From contig NC_043015.1 of assembly GCF_006345805.1 (NCBI RefSeq), positions 51,398,001 to 51,462,000 of the forward strand: a stretch of DNA of 64,000 nt, written 5' to 3'. Shown in pieces: positions 33,234 through 45,445 of the stretch; position 1 is the stretch's first letter; each line of letters opens with the position of its first letter. The notes below the pieces were generated by a model. It saw only the letters and a list, made by a program, of their open reading frames with translations. It was not told where the DNA came from and made no database searches. Both the position numbers and the translations under genes were made by a program. This stretch comes from Octopus sinensis (taxonomy: Eukaryota).

Positions 33234-34439
33234 AAGTAGTTTAAATGGTTCTAAGACGTTGTGCATCTTGTTGAATAGTTACAGTTAATATTTGCACACA
33301 GCTTTTATAGCGATTCAGATATCGCTCGACTGAGAAGAGATGCTGGTTACTAAATTCAGTTAAGTGAACTGAGAGAAGCAGAATCACTCAACTTGTCCAA
33401 AACCATACACTGCGTCTCTGAAAGCCGCATTTGAAATTTTGACTTTTCACTATACGCTTCCTTCTAGGCTCTGCAATAAAGGAAAATTTTATTCCAATTT
33501 CTATGGAGGATAGCTTAACCATATTGCTTGCATTCAGTGAGTTGGACATTTTATTAGAAAGCATTCTAATCAACTTCACGACCAATCTTCATTTGCCACA
33601 TTCCGGATCTGTCTTCACTGTCAAATTCTATAAGGTTTGTTACTGTAGCATTCTTCGCAAACTGGCATTATTAGCCTCTTTTACCTTTCATTGCCATCAT
33701 ATTTCCTCTTCACTTAGACAACTGCACTATTTTTAATATCAAACAAATATCCACTCTGCTCCACTTCCACATTTACCGTTCTGCAATTCTTCAATGGAGG
33801 ATCCCTTATTGTTCTTGAAAATCTTCATTCTTCTTCATCTTCTTCTGCTATTGATTTTTCACCATTCCACCTCTATTGCTCTGTCTATCTCACCAATTAA
33901 TTTATATCTCAACAACAGACATCCTTTTCATTGCTACACACAGCCCGTTCTTCAATTACTTTAATATCTAACTTTTGCCATTTAGCGACATATTTAATGG
34001 TGTACAGCATTCTGCGTAGTTCTGACAGACTCCTAACCATGACATTTTCAGCTGAGCTATTCCTTATACTAGGCACGTCCTCTGTTTTGTCAAGGCAACA
34101 TTCGTTACAGAAAAGAAAAAAAAAAGCAGTGAGAGAGAGAGACAGACAGAGAATGAGCAAGCATCCAAGACATTGAGGATGAAGAAAAAAAAAAGGAAAA
34201 GAAAATTAATAAAAGCATAAAACTATCTTTCTTATTCACAAACAGGAGTTATTTCTGTTTGGGAGAGTTCTTCGTTCGTTGTGAATACTTGACCGTTTCT
34301 CAATTTACACATTTATGGTGGCGAGGCTTTCTCATTCTCTTCTTGGGTATTGGTAAGAATTTAAATGAAACTTTCCTTGCTCAGAGGTTTTTCCCATTCT
34401 CTGAAACCAAATCATGCTGTGTCTTGTAAATTGTTCTCC

Positions 34440-34462
34440 CTCTCTCTCTCTCTCTCTCTTTG

Positions 34463-34502
<40 letters not shown>

Positions 34503-34862
34503 CATATATATATGTCTGTGTGTGTGTGTATGTTTGTATATATATATATATATATATGCACACATATATATATACATATATGTGTGTGTGTGTATGTTTG
34601 TATATATATATATATATATATATGCACACATATATATATACATATATATGTGTGTGTGTGTGTCTGTATATATATATATACACACACACATATATATATA
34701 CATATATATATGTGTGTGTGTGTTTGTATATATATATATATACACACACATATGTCTGTATATCTATATATGTATGTATGAATGTATGTATATATATATA
34801 CAGAGAGAGAGAAAGAGAAATACATAGATAGATTGATGTAAAAGTGCATATGTATATATATT
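34440..34862. repeat. Compound CT/CA/TA/TG microsatellite with repeated units of about 70 bp
   Basis: Direct reading. Confidence 0.9.
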
Positions 34863-35126
34863 GCCTTTGTGCATTACTACAGCTGCAGTCAAAGAACCAT
34901 CCCAAGTTCCAAACACTCTCCACCCCCACCGGGCCACTCTGTTTACCTTGCACCAGCCATTGTCCAAGACAATGCTTCTGTGAACGTTTGTCTCACTCCT
35001 GAAATATTATGGTCTGCAGCAGTTTTTCCTCGGTTTAATAAATCAAATGGTAATTCGTCCCCTTCAGGTAGAATCTGCCAACTATTTGAACTATTGGAAT
35101 TGCCAAACAACAGGCGGATCTTTTAT

Positions 35127-35184
<58 letters not shown>

Positions 35185-35405
35185 ATGTACATGATGATCC
35201 TCATCATCATCATCATTTCCATCATCATCATCATCATCATCATTTCTATTACCATCATCCTCATTGTCATCATCACCATCACCGTCATCATCATCATCAT
35301 CATCTCCATCATCATCATCACCACCAACATCATCTCCATCCTCATCGTCATCATCTCCATCCTCCTCCTCCTCATCATCATCATCTCCATCACCATCATC
35401 ATAAT
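35127..35405. repeat. (CA)n followed by degenerate (CAT)n
   Basis: Direct reading. Confidence 0.95.
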
Positions 35406-35974
35406 CAATTTCATAGTATGCCCCTACTATTATTTTTACTTTTGCTGTTTCCAATCAGATCTCTGAGTCATTTATTGATTATCGATTATTGATCCCAGAT
35501 CTTCCCAACTCGTTAAAAGATCCACAATATTAAACGATCTTCCAATAATTGCACAATTCTTAGGAAGAACTTTTCTCAGCCAGAAAAATTCAAAGCATGT
35601 GTTTGTTGTTGTTGTTATTGAGCCTCAAGTCTGCCAACCTTACCCCTGCCCCACCCCCCAGTTCTTCAATGAATAGACTTGTGCTCAAAGGCATTCCAAC
35701 CATGAGCATCCAGTCTGGTTTTCTTTTTGTTCTTCTCAGTCATAGTGATGAGTATCGGCATGGTTGTGTGATTACGAACTTTGCTTCTAGGCCTTTTGTT
35801 CTCAGGTTCAATCTCTCCGCATGGCACCTTGAGCAAAGTGTTTTTATATGATACTTTAGTCCTTTGCTGACCAAAAAGCATTGTGGGTTAATTCTGGTGC
35901 GAGGACCCTGTTGTGTCCCCATATCAGCCCAACCCAGGGTGACGTTGCGGTAATGCTGATGATGATGATGAAGA

Positions 35975-36697
35975 TAATCCTTTCTATTATAGGTACAAGA
36001 GACTGAAATTTGGGGGAGGGGCATAGTTGATTACATCGACTCCAGTACTCAACTGGTACTTAATTTATTGACCCCTGAAATAATGAAGGCAAAGTTGAAC
36101 TCAGTGGCATTTGAACTCAGACTGTGCGGACGGAGGAAATGCCACTAAGCATTTTGGCCAGTATGCTAGTGACTCTGTCAGCTCGCTGCCTTCTTGACAA
36201 CAACAACAACAACAATAATAATGATAATAATAATAATCCTTTCTACTACAGGCACAAGGTCTGAAATTTGGGGGAGGGGGATAGTCGGTTACATCAACCC
36301 CAGTATGCAACTGGTACTTAATTTATCGACCCTGAAAGGATGAAAGACAACCTTGATCTGGGTGGAATTTGAACTCACAACGTAGCTGCAGCCTAAATAC
36401 CACTAAGCATTTCACCCAGCGTGCTAACGATTCTGCCAGTTCGCTGCCTTAATAATAATGATGATGATGGAGCTAGCAGAAGCGTTAGTACACCGGGCGA
36501 AATGCTTTCCGGTACTTCGTCTGCCGTTACGTTGTGAGTTCAAATTCCGCCGAGGTCAACTTTGCCTTTCATCCTTTCGGGGTCGATAAATTAAGTACCA
36601 GTTACGCACTGGGGTCGATGTAATCGACATAATACCTGTCTGTCCTTGTTTGTCCCCTCTATGTTTAGCCCCTTGTGGGTAATAAAGAAATAGGTAA
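35975..36697. mobile_element. SINE family B cluster: two minus B1 copies (about 35975-36190, 36235-36450) and a plus B2 copy (about 36465-36697)
   Basis: Core motif in both orientations; the last two copies are head-to-head. Confidence 0.8.
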
Positions 36698-37162
36698 TGA
36701 TGGTAATGACAATGATAAAGAAGATGATGAGAAGGATGATGGTGATGACAATGCTGATGATGATAATGGTGTATGTATTTGGCAGTGAATTGGCAGTGGT
36801 CAGAGCAATGGACAGAGTGCCCCACAGTATTTGTTTCCACACACAGTATGCTGGGTTACTGAGTTCAAATCAGGCCATGCTCAACTTTTCTTTGAATCCC
36901 TTTTCAGGCCCATAAATTAAAAGAACCAACCCAGGGAGAAAGATTAGTGGAACTATTAAAAGGAGCAGACAAAGCAAAATACCTTGTGGTGTCTATTGTA
37001 GCCTTTTGCATCCCAACAATAATATCTAGGATGACATTGTGCCAAATTGGCAGCCTTCCCCTTGGATAACGTTATGGCCTGGAGACATTTGGGGCTAACA
37101 TTAGGGGCAGGGCTAGTCTTCTTCAAAAGAATCTTGCTCAGGTCTGCACATCATGAACAATA

Positions 37163-37575
37163 GGTGTAGGAGTGGCTGTGTGGTAAGTAGCTTGCTTACA
37201 AACCACTTGGTTCCAGGTTCAGTCCCACTGCATGGCAGCTTGGGCAAGTGTCTTCTACAATAGACTTGGGCTGACAAAAGCCTTGTGAGTGGATTTGGTA
37301 GACGGAAACTGAAAGAAGTCCGTCGTATATATGTATATATACATATATATGTATGTGTGTATATGTTTGTGTGTCTGTGTTTGTCCCCTAACATCGTTTG
37401 ACAACCGATGGTGGTGTGCTTACATCCCCGTAACTTAGCAGTACGGCAAAAGAGAACCGATAGAATAAGTACTAGGCTTACAAAGAATAAGTCCTGGGGT
37501 CGATTTGCTCGAGTAAAGGCGGTGCTCCAGCATGGCCATAGTCAAATGACTGAAACAAGTAAAAGAGTAAAAGAG
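37163..37575 (+). mobile_element. Full-length SINE family A
   Basis: Near-consensus; tail GACTGAAACAAGTAAAAGAGTAAAAGAG. Confidence 0.92.
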
Positions 37576-37869
37576 TTCTTTAGATAAGACTTTGTTAGGA
37601 AATTCTTGCATTGCGTTGTAGCGCCAATCTGCTACAATCAGATTATTTTATAAGCAAGTTATATGACCTGATCATCTTTATTTGTTCCTAATCACACTCT
37701 GTTTGGCTTCGGCGGGTGGGGGCAATGGTTCTGATAATTCCCTCCTTTGTCTATAACTAGACATGCAGTCTCTCTTTCATTATGTGTGTGCATGTGTGTG
37801 TGTGTGTGTGTAGTGAGAGAGAGAGAGAGAAAGAGAGTGCCATCTATGTATCATACTTAATGTACATAC

Positions 37870-38101
37870 ACTGTTGACAGGCATGTATATATATATGTAT
37901 ATTTATATATATAAATACGCACACACATATATAAACACACACATACGTACATATACATACAGACATACCCACAAACTTGTGTACAGATATGCATACAGTA
38001 CAAACAAGAATGTTTGTTTTTATGAGTGTGTGTGTATATATATTATATATATATATATATATACATAAACATATATATATATATATAAATTTATATATAT
38101 A

Positions 38102-38160
<59 letters not shown>

Positions 38161-38712
38161 TTATATATATTTATATACATTTATATATATATGTATACAC
38201 GCACACACGTGTGTGCACATATTTATAGATGGATAAACCTACATGGATGTCACTGAATCTATGCACACACACCACACACACACACACACACTCTTATCTA
38301 GTGTTTTCTTTTTATCGTCGACATCAAAGGGTTGTGGTAGAGGCCATTGTAAGGATGTAATGATGTTGGGTAACCAGCCATGTAATGGTGAATTACTGTC
38401 AGCAAGGTGGGCCGATAATAGACTTGCCACATGTGAAGCCGGGAAGACAGGCAAACTGGCAGACAGGCGGACGTGTGTGTAATTAGGAACTTTGCTATAG
38501 AAATAGAGGGAGGAAGGGAGGGAGAGATGAGAGAGAGTGGTGGGAAGAGAGAAAGAAGACAGGGGTCTAACCGAACAATCATACCTCGCAGTTTATTCGG
38601 TCTGTGCCCACCAATCTGTCCTCCTTCCCCACATTCTACCTCACCCACCTCCCTATTTCCGTGTTTCCGTGTGTGTATCCATCTGTGTCTCTCTGTCTAT
38701 CTTTCTCTCCTT

Positions 38713-38750
<38 letters not shown>

Positions 38751-39022
38751 TGCATATACATATAAAGTATGTATAGACGGATAGATATACATGCATATAT
38801 GTATAGGCATGCTCATGGTGTGTTTATGTAATGTATACATTCATACATATATATGTATGAATATATATATATATATATACATACACACACACACACATAT
38901 TTCCACATATATATACCCATATAGATATATACATCTACACATATATATAAATACACATGCATGCATACTTATACCAACCTACATACGCATATACATACAT
39001 ATATATGCATACATACAATCTA

Positions 39023-39082
<60 letters not shown>

Positions 39083-39340
39083 TTATGTGTATGAATGTAT
39101 ATATATATATATGTATGTATGTGTATATATAGATATATGTATATATATGTGTGTGTGAGTGTATATATATATGCATATATATACATGCATATATATATAT
39201 ATACATGCATATATATATACATGCATATACATACATATATGCATATATATACATATATGTATACATATATGTGTGTGTATGTGTGTATGTCATCTATATA
39301 TGGGTGTAATTATCAACACAAGTATGTATAAACCACAAAG
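37870..39340. repeat. TA/CA/TG microsatellite fields around a unique island (about 38290-38700)
   Basis: Direct reading. Confidence 0.85.
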
Positions 39341-39905
39341 GATGATAGATGGGAGGAGAATGATTTGCTCTCTCCCTCCTTTTCTTTCTTTCTTTCGTTC
39401 TTTCTTTCTTTCCTTCTTTCTTTGTGTCTAACTTTGTTCTCTAATCTGACTCTGCCTGACCACCCAATTAACAGTATTTCTGGACTGATTTCTGTTGGTC
39501 ATCTAAGAAGTGCATTTGATGACCTCCTTGTCACATGGTACATGGTCACATTAGCTGAGCAACTGGGCAGCCAATTAGTATTTTGTATCACAGTCAGGTG
39601 ATTCCCATAGTTTTTGACAGTTTTTTATTTATTAGTTGATTCACACACACACATACACACACACACACCAGACCAAGTTCCCAGAACCATCATATTTATG
39701 CCATGATTGTATATATACGGAGCAGAATGATAGATCATGCAGAATGTCTTAATTTATCTTGAGAAACCAGCATTCCAGCATGGCCGGCTGTATGTGGCTT
39801 CAAGCTAGGGAATAAGTAATGGAAACATTGTCATAAGTGAATGTTGTCATAAAGATATTGTTCTCTTTCAAACATATAAGAGGTACGGATGCCTTTCTTC
39901 TTTAA

Positions 39906-40379
39906 CTCTCTCATTACCAACTCAGCTAAAACCAGCTCTGGCTCTGTAGTACAAATGTCTTGTTTCCATAAGTTTTGAATTAAAATCTTCCACCAAACCT
40001 CAGTCACAATTTATGTTCCTAACACTAGCTTAATGATAACTAAGTTATTTCACTAAATTCTTTGTTATATTTAAAGTGATTGAAAGAAATACAGAGCATC
40101 TCAACAGAAATATGGTAATGAAAGAGTTAAAATATATAATATTGAAACAAATCTTAACCCTTTTTATACCAACCTGGCTGAAACCAGCTCTGGCTTTGTA
40201 GTACAAATGTCTTGTTTCCATAAGTTTTGAATTAAAATCTTCCACCAAACCTTAGTCACAATTTATGTTCCTAACACTAGCTTAACGATAACTAAGTTAT
40301 TTTACTAAATTCTTTGTTATATTGAAAATTAATTGAAAGAAACACAGAGCATCTCAACAGAAAGATGGTAATGAAAGGG
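39906..40379. mobile_element. Tandem dimer of a piggyBac-like TTAA MITE (39906-40126, 40158-40379) with 23-bp spacer
   Basis: Each monomer bounded by TTAA and C(C/T)CT...A(G/A)(A/G)G termini (second copy TTAA|CCCTTT...AAAGGG|TTAA). Confidence 0.8.
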
Positions 40380-40504
40380 TTAATCCAGAAGGCTTTGCCA
40401 ATATCTTTCCAGGCAATACATTCATTTCATGACAGTATTCTTCATGCATTGAACAGATTACTATTATTTGGATAGTTCCAATAAAGGAAGTCCAGAAGTG
40501 TCTT

Positions 40505-40810
40505 CTGCTATAGCCTTGGGCCAACCAAAGACTTGTGAGGGGATTTGGTAGATGGAAACTGAAGGAAGCCTGCTGTATGTGTGTGTGTGTTTGTTTTTTT
40601 GCCTGTATGTGTGTGTATGTTTGTCTTCCCACCGCTGCTTGACAAGCAGTGTATTTACATTCCTGTAACTTAGCAGTTTGGCAAAAGATATCAACTGAAT
40701 AAGTACAAAGCTTAAAGGAAAGTACTGGGAGCTGAGTTATTTGACTAAAAGTTGTTCAGAGTAGTGCCCCAGTATGGTCACGGTCTAATCACTGAATCAA
40801 CTAAAAGGTG
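40505..40810 (+). mobile_element. SINE family A, 5'-truncated
   Basis: CTATAGCCTTGGGCCAACCAAAG through tail. Confidence 0.75.
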
Positions 40811-40832
40811 ATACATACATACATACATATAT

Positions 40833-41315
40833 TAGGCACAGGAGTGGCTGTGTGGTAAGAAGCTTGCTTACCAACCACACAGTTCTGGGTTCAGTTCCAC
40901 TATGTGGCACCTTGGGCAAGTGTCTTCTACTATAGCCTTGGGCCAACCAAAGCCTTGTGAATGGATTTGCAAGATGGAAACTGAAAGAAGCCTATTGTAT
41001 CAGGTCATCCCATAAGTTCTGTCCGAATTTTGGCTAAAGAAAACAAGTGATCAAATGTTATATTTAATTGTAATTTAATCATCAATGTACATTCCCCGAT
41101 TATCTATGACTTCTTCCCATCTATTTACAAGCTTTTTAATCCCATCAATGTAAAACTCTTTTGGTTTCAAAGTGAAGAACTTTGACAACCGATGCTGGTG
41201 TGTTTACATCCCTGTAACTTAGTGGTTCAGCAAAAGAGGGGGATAGAGTAAGTACTAGGCTTACAAAGAATAAGTCCAGGGGTCAATTTGCTCAACTAAA
41301 GGCAGTGCTCCAGCA
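40833..41315 (+). mobile_element. SINE family A whose internal microsatellite is replaced by a mariner fragment
   Basis: Head 40833-40999; resumes at TTGACAACCGATGCTGG (about 41182). Confidence 0.85.
41000..41181 (-). mobile_element. Mariner 3' fragment with one TIR
   Basis: TA|TCAGGTCATCCCATAAGTTCTGTCCGAATTT terminus; minus strand KFFTLKPKEFYIDGIKKLVNRWEEVIDNRGMYIDD*. Confidence 0.85.
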
Positions 41316-41844
41316 TGGTATTGATCATGTTTGGATGGTGCTTTTTATGTGCCACCAGCACAGGAGCCAGTCAGGCGGGCCTGGTATCGTTCATGTTTGG
41401 ATGGTGCTTTTTACATGCTACCGGCATGGGGCCCAGTCAGTGGGTATTGGCATTGGTGACAATATACACACACATATACACTTTTACTAGTTTTAGTTAT
41501 TGAACAGTGGTAATGCAAGACTTTTTTGGCATTTGTCATGTGTTGTGAAAGAAATTCTTCCTTAGTGTATGTGATGATGCAAGGTGGAAACAAAAACAAA
41601 AAACAACAGAGCAGAATTCAGCGTTGTAAAAATTTAATTGACATCCCTATAATTATTTCTAAGTTTGGCACAAGTCTAATAACTTTTGTAGGAGCGAGGT
41701 GCAAATCAGTTACATCAACCCCAGTGCTTGACTGGTACTTAGTTTCTTGGCCCCCTGAAAAGATGACCCTGTTGAGATTTGAACGCAGAATATAAAAAAT
41801 TGGGAGAAATACTGCTAACCATTTTATTTGACACACTAATGGTT

Positions 41845-42325
41845 CTTTTCTACTCTAGGCACAAGGCTTGAAATTTTGAGGGGAGGGGCCAGTCAATTAG
41901 ATCAACCTCAGTACGCAACTGATACTTAATTTATTGACCTCGAAAAGATGAAAGGCAAAGTTGACCTCAGCGGAATTTGAACTGAGAACATAAAGACAGA
42001 CGAAATATCGCTAAGCATTTTACCTGGAGTGCTAACGTTTCTGCCTGCTCACCACCTTAGCACACTAATGATTCTGCCAGTATGGTATCAAATAAGATGA
42101 AGGCGGCTAGCTGGCAGAATCGTTAGCATGCCAGGCGAAATGCGTAGCCTTATTTTGTCTGCCGTTACGTTCTGAGTTCAAATTTTGCCGAGGTCGACTT
42201 TGCCATTCATCCTTTCGAGGTCGATAAATTAAGTACCAGTTACGCACTGGGGTCGATCTAATCGACTTAATCCCTTTGTCTGTCCCCTCTGTGTTTAGCC
42301 CCTTGTGGGTAGTAAAGAAATAGGT
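41845..42325. mobile_element. Head-to-head SINE family B pair (minus B1 about 41845-42060, plus B2 about 42103-42325)
   Basis: Core motif in both orientations. Confidence 0.8.
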
Positions 42326-42334
42326 ATCAAATAA

Positions 42335-43370
42335 GACAAAGGATATCATATAGAAATGATATCTCAAAAATATGATATTGTACATAGAAATAATATTGAA
42401 ACAAGTGATATCGAAATAGAAATATTTAAAAAGTGATATCTGCATTTAAATTACATGTAAGTATCTAAATAATAAAGTCATATAAATTGAAATGATATTG
42501 AATAGGAATGATATCTAAATGGAAATGATCTATCGGCAGAAATAATGTTTAAATGGAAATGACAGAGAAATACAAAAGTTATGTAAACAGTAATGATATG
42601 TTAGTAGAATTTATTTCTAAATAGGAATGATGTATCTATAAAAATGATATCTAAATTGCAATGATATTCTTATGGAAATGATGACTATATAGCACTGATA
42701 TTTTCATGGAAATGATAATTAATTGGAAATATGTCAATGAGATGGTATCTAAATAGAAATATTTTCAGAAAATGGTATCTTTACATAATGAAGTATAAAT
42801 GATATTGTAAAGTAATGATATCCAAATTGAAATGATATCTTCACAGAATGATATCTAGATAGAAATAATACTTTAATATAATGATATCCATATAGAAATG
42901 TTATCTAAACAGAATGATATCCAAACAGAAATGATATCTAGATAGTAATGTTATTTTAATGTATAGATATCCAAATAGAAATGATATATTCACAGAATGA
43001 TATCTAGATAGAAATGATATTTTAATATAATGATATCCAGATAGAAATGATATGTAAACAGAATGATCTCCAAACAGAAATAATATTGTAATATAATGAT
43101 ATCCAAATGGAAATGATATTTTAACAGAATGAAATCCAGACAGAAATGATATTTCAATATAATGATATCCAAGTAGAAATGATATCTAAGTAGAATGATA
43201 CCCATACAGAAGTGATATCTAAATAGAAATGATATTGTGATAAAATGATGTCCAAATAGAAATGATATCTAAATAGAAATAATCTAAAAATGATATCAAA
43301 AAATACAAATGCTATTTAAATAAAACAATATTTAAATTAGAAATGATATCACGATAGAAATGGCATGTAA
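42335..43370. repeat. Degenerate AT-rich tandem repeat built on AGAAATGATAT(C/T) units, followed by (AAT)n
   Basis: Dozens of (A)GAAATGATAT / GAATGATATC motifs at 14-17 bp spacing. Confidence 0.85.
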
Positions 43371-43649
43371 ATAATAACAATAATAATAATAATAACAATA
43401 ATAATAACAATAATAATTACAATAATAATAATAATAATAATGATAATATGAAAATATAATATCTAAATAGAAATAATAATCTAAATGAAAAGGCATAATC
43501 GCAACTGAGAAAATTACTGATTAAATTGTAAACATATTTCCAAAATAAAAACGAAAATTGTTCTCAATTTTAGTTATTAGCAAAAGTACATGGAAATGTC
43601 ACCCATATTTTTTTCCCAATCCCCCCTCTCATTTTCTCTCTTTGTTTTC

Positions 43650-44100
43650 TCTTTTTCATATGTACACATGCACACACATACATGCAACACATACATATAT
43701 ATATATGCACACACACACATAGGAAAACAGAATGATACACATCCATATACACACATGTACATCACACACATATGTTTGCGTTTATATATACACGGACCCA
43801 TGCATGCACACATGAGCAGGCACACACATGTATACACACACACAAAAATAAAAACAGAATTACACACACTCATATACATACACATATACATTACACACAT
43901 GTATGCGTTTATATCTACATAGACCCATGCATGCACACATGCGCATGCACACACATATGCATATATATATATACACACACACACACACAAACACAGAATG
44001 ACACACACTTCCATATACATACACATGTACATTATACACACATATGTATGTGTTTATATATACACCGACCAATGCACGCGCACACACACACACACACACG
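43650..44100. repeat. Composite minisatellite: about 3 units of 125-145 bp built from CA/TA microsatellite
   Basis: Marker GTTTATAT...GACC(C/A)ATGCA recurs near 43795, 43922 and 44066. Confidence 0.75.
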
Positions 44101-44652
44101 AAATAAAATTGAATTCAAATTTGATTATGAAGAAATTCCAACTTAAAAGGGCTTGGGGGTGTTTAGAATATTTCACAGGTCAAGAAATGATTGGAAACGG
44201 TAAAGAGAGAGAGAGAGAGGTGGGGGTTGGGTGGAATGGCTGGGTGTGTCTCAAAGACTTCGTATGCAAGTATCTCTCATTAGCCTGGCTCACATTTACT
44301 ACATTTTCACGGCTGAAATAGATTGGATTCAACAACAATCTGGATGAAGCGATAATTACCAATAGTTACAAGACAATTATTCCACTGTCAGCTTCCCATT
44401 TCCTCTATGCTACTGATGCTAAAAAAAGAATGGCTTGCTGACGAGTTATACCGAAATTAGGCTGCCATTTTTACCTTGTTCTCGTCGATAGCAAGATTAA
44501 TTGATTCCAAACAACCGCTATTCCGCTGTTCTGTTGTTTTGTTATTCTGTGACGTGGCAGTGTTGTCTGTGTTGTGTCTCTCTCTATCTGTATGCCTTAT
44601 GCCTGTGTTGTGTGTGTGTGTGTGATTGTGTGCGTTTATATGTTTTATATAA

Positions 44653-44882
44653 GGTGGCAAGCTGGCAGAAACGTTAGCACACCAGGCGAAATGCCTAGCG
44701 GTATTTCGTCTGCCGTTACGTTGTGAGTTCAAATTCCGCCGAGGTCGACTTTGCCTTTCATCCTTTCGGGGCCGATAAATTAAGTACCAGTTACGCACTG
44801 GGGTCGATGTAATCGACTTAATCCCTTTGTCTGTTCTTGTTTGTCCCTTCTGTGTTTAGCCCCTTGTGGGCAGTAAAGAAAT
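44653..44882 (+). mobile_element. Full-length SINE family B (B2)
   Basis: GGTGGCAAGCTGGCAGAAACG head to CCCCTTGTGGGCAGTAAAGAAATA tail. Confidence 0.9.
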
Positions 44883-44934
44883 ATATATGTTTTATGTCTC
44901 TGTGTGTATGTGTTTGCATATGTCTGCATGTGTA

Positions 44935-45058
44935 CAAAGGGTGCTGAAAAATTCCTGGCTTTAAGAGTATCGCAAGAGGTCTGGTTGGAGACCCAGCCTT
45001 CCTAGTTCTTTTAGAGGGCTTAGAAAAACTGAGAGGAGAATATGTCGAATAAAATCAT
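44935..45058. mobile_element. Mariner-derived MITE (family of 2302), right end lost at a SINE
   Basis: TA|CAAAGGGTGCTGAAAAATTCCTGGCTTTAA...GAATATGTCGAATAAAATCAT. Confidence 0.7.
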
Positions 45059-45310
45059 AGGAGTGGCCGTGTGGTAAGTAGTTTGCTTACCAATCACATG
45101 GTTCCAGGTTCAGTCCCACTGCACGGCACCTTGGGCAAGTGTCTTCTACTATAGCCTTAGGCCGACCAAAGTCTTGTGAGTGGATTTGGTAGATGGAAAC
45201 TGAAAGAGCACCGCCTTTAGTCAAAGAAGTCGACCCCAGGACTTATTTTTTGTAAGCCTAGTACTTATTCTATCGGTCTCTTTTGCTGAACCACTAAGTT
45301 ACAGGGACGT
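45059..45310. mobile_element. Rearranged SINE family A: plus-strand head fused to inverted 3' segment
   Basis: Head to GAAACTGAAAG (about 45207), then reverse-complemented GAGCACCGCCTTTAGTC...GGGACGTAAA. Confidence 0.8.
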
Positions 45311-45387
45311 AAAATAAATAAATAGACATAATATAATGTATAAAAGTTGATGAATACCACCTCTTGATCCCCTCCATTTTCTTATTG

Positions 45388-45445
<58 letters not shown>

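Noticed and set aside
38298-38482. Minus-strand IHHYMAGYPTSLHPYNGLYHNPLMSTIKRKH* and plus-strand Cys-rich ORF with an EGF-like ending
   Set aside because: Several frames are open because the island is GC-richer; poor acceptor, EGF cysteine spacing incomplete, no recognised homolog.
40045-40248. Similar small ORFs at 40045-40248 and 57740-57949 as a gene family
   Set aside because: They are chance frames across the MITE dimer junction; their similarity reflects the repeat.
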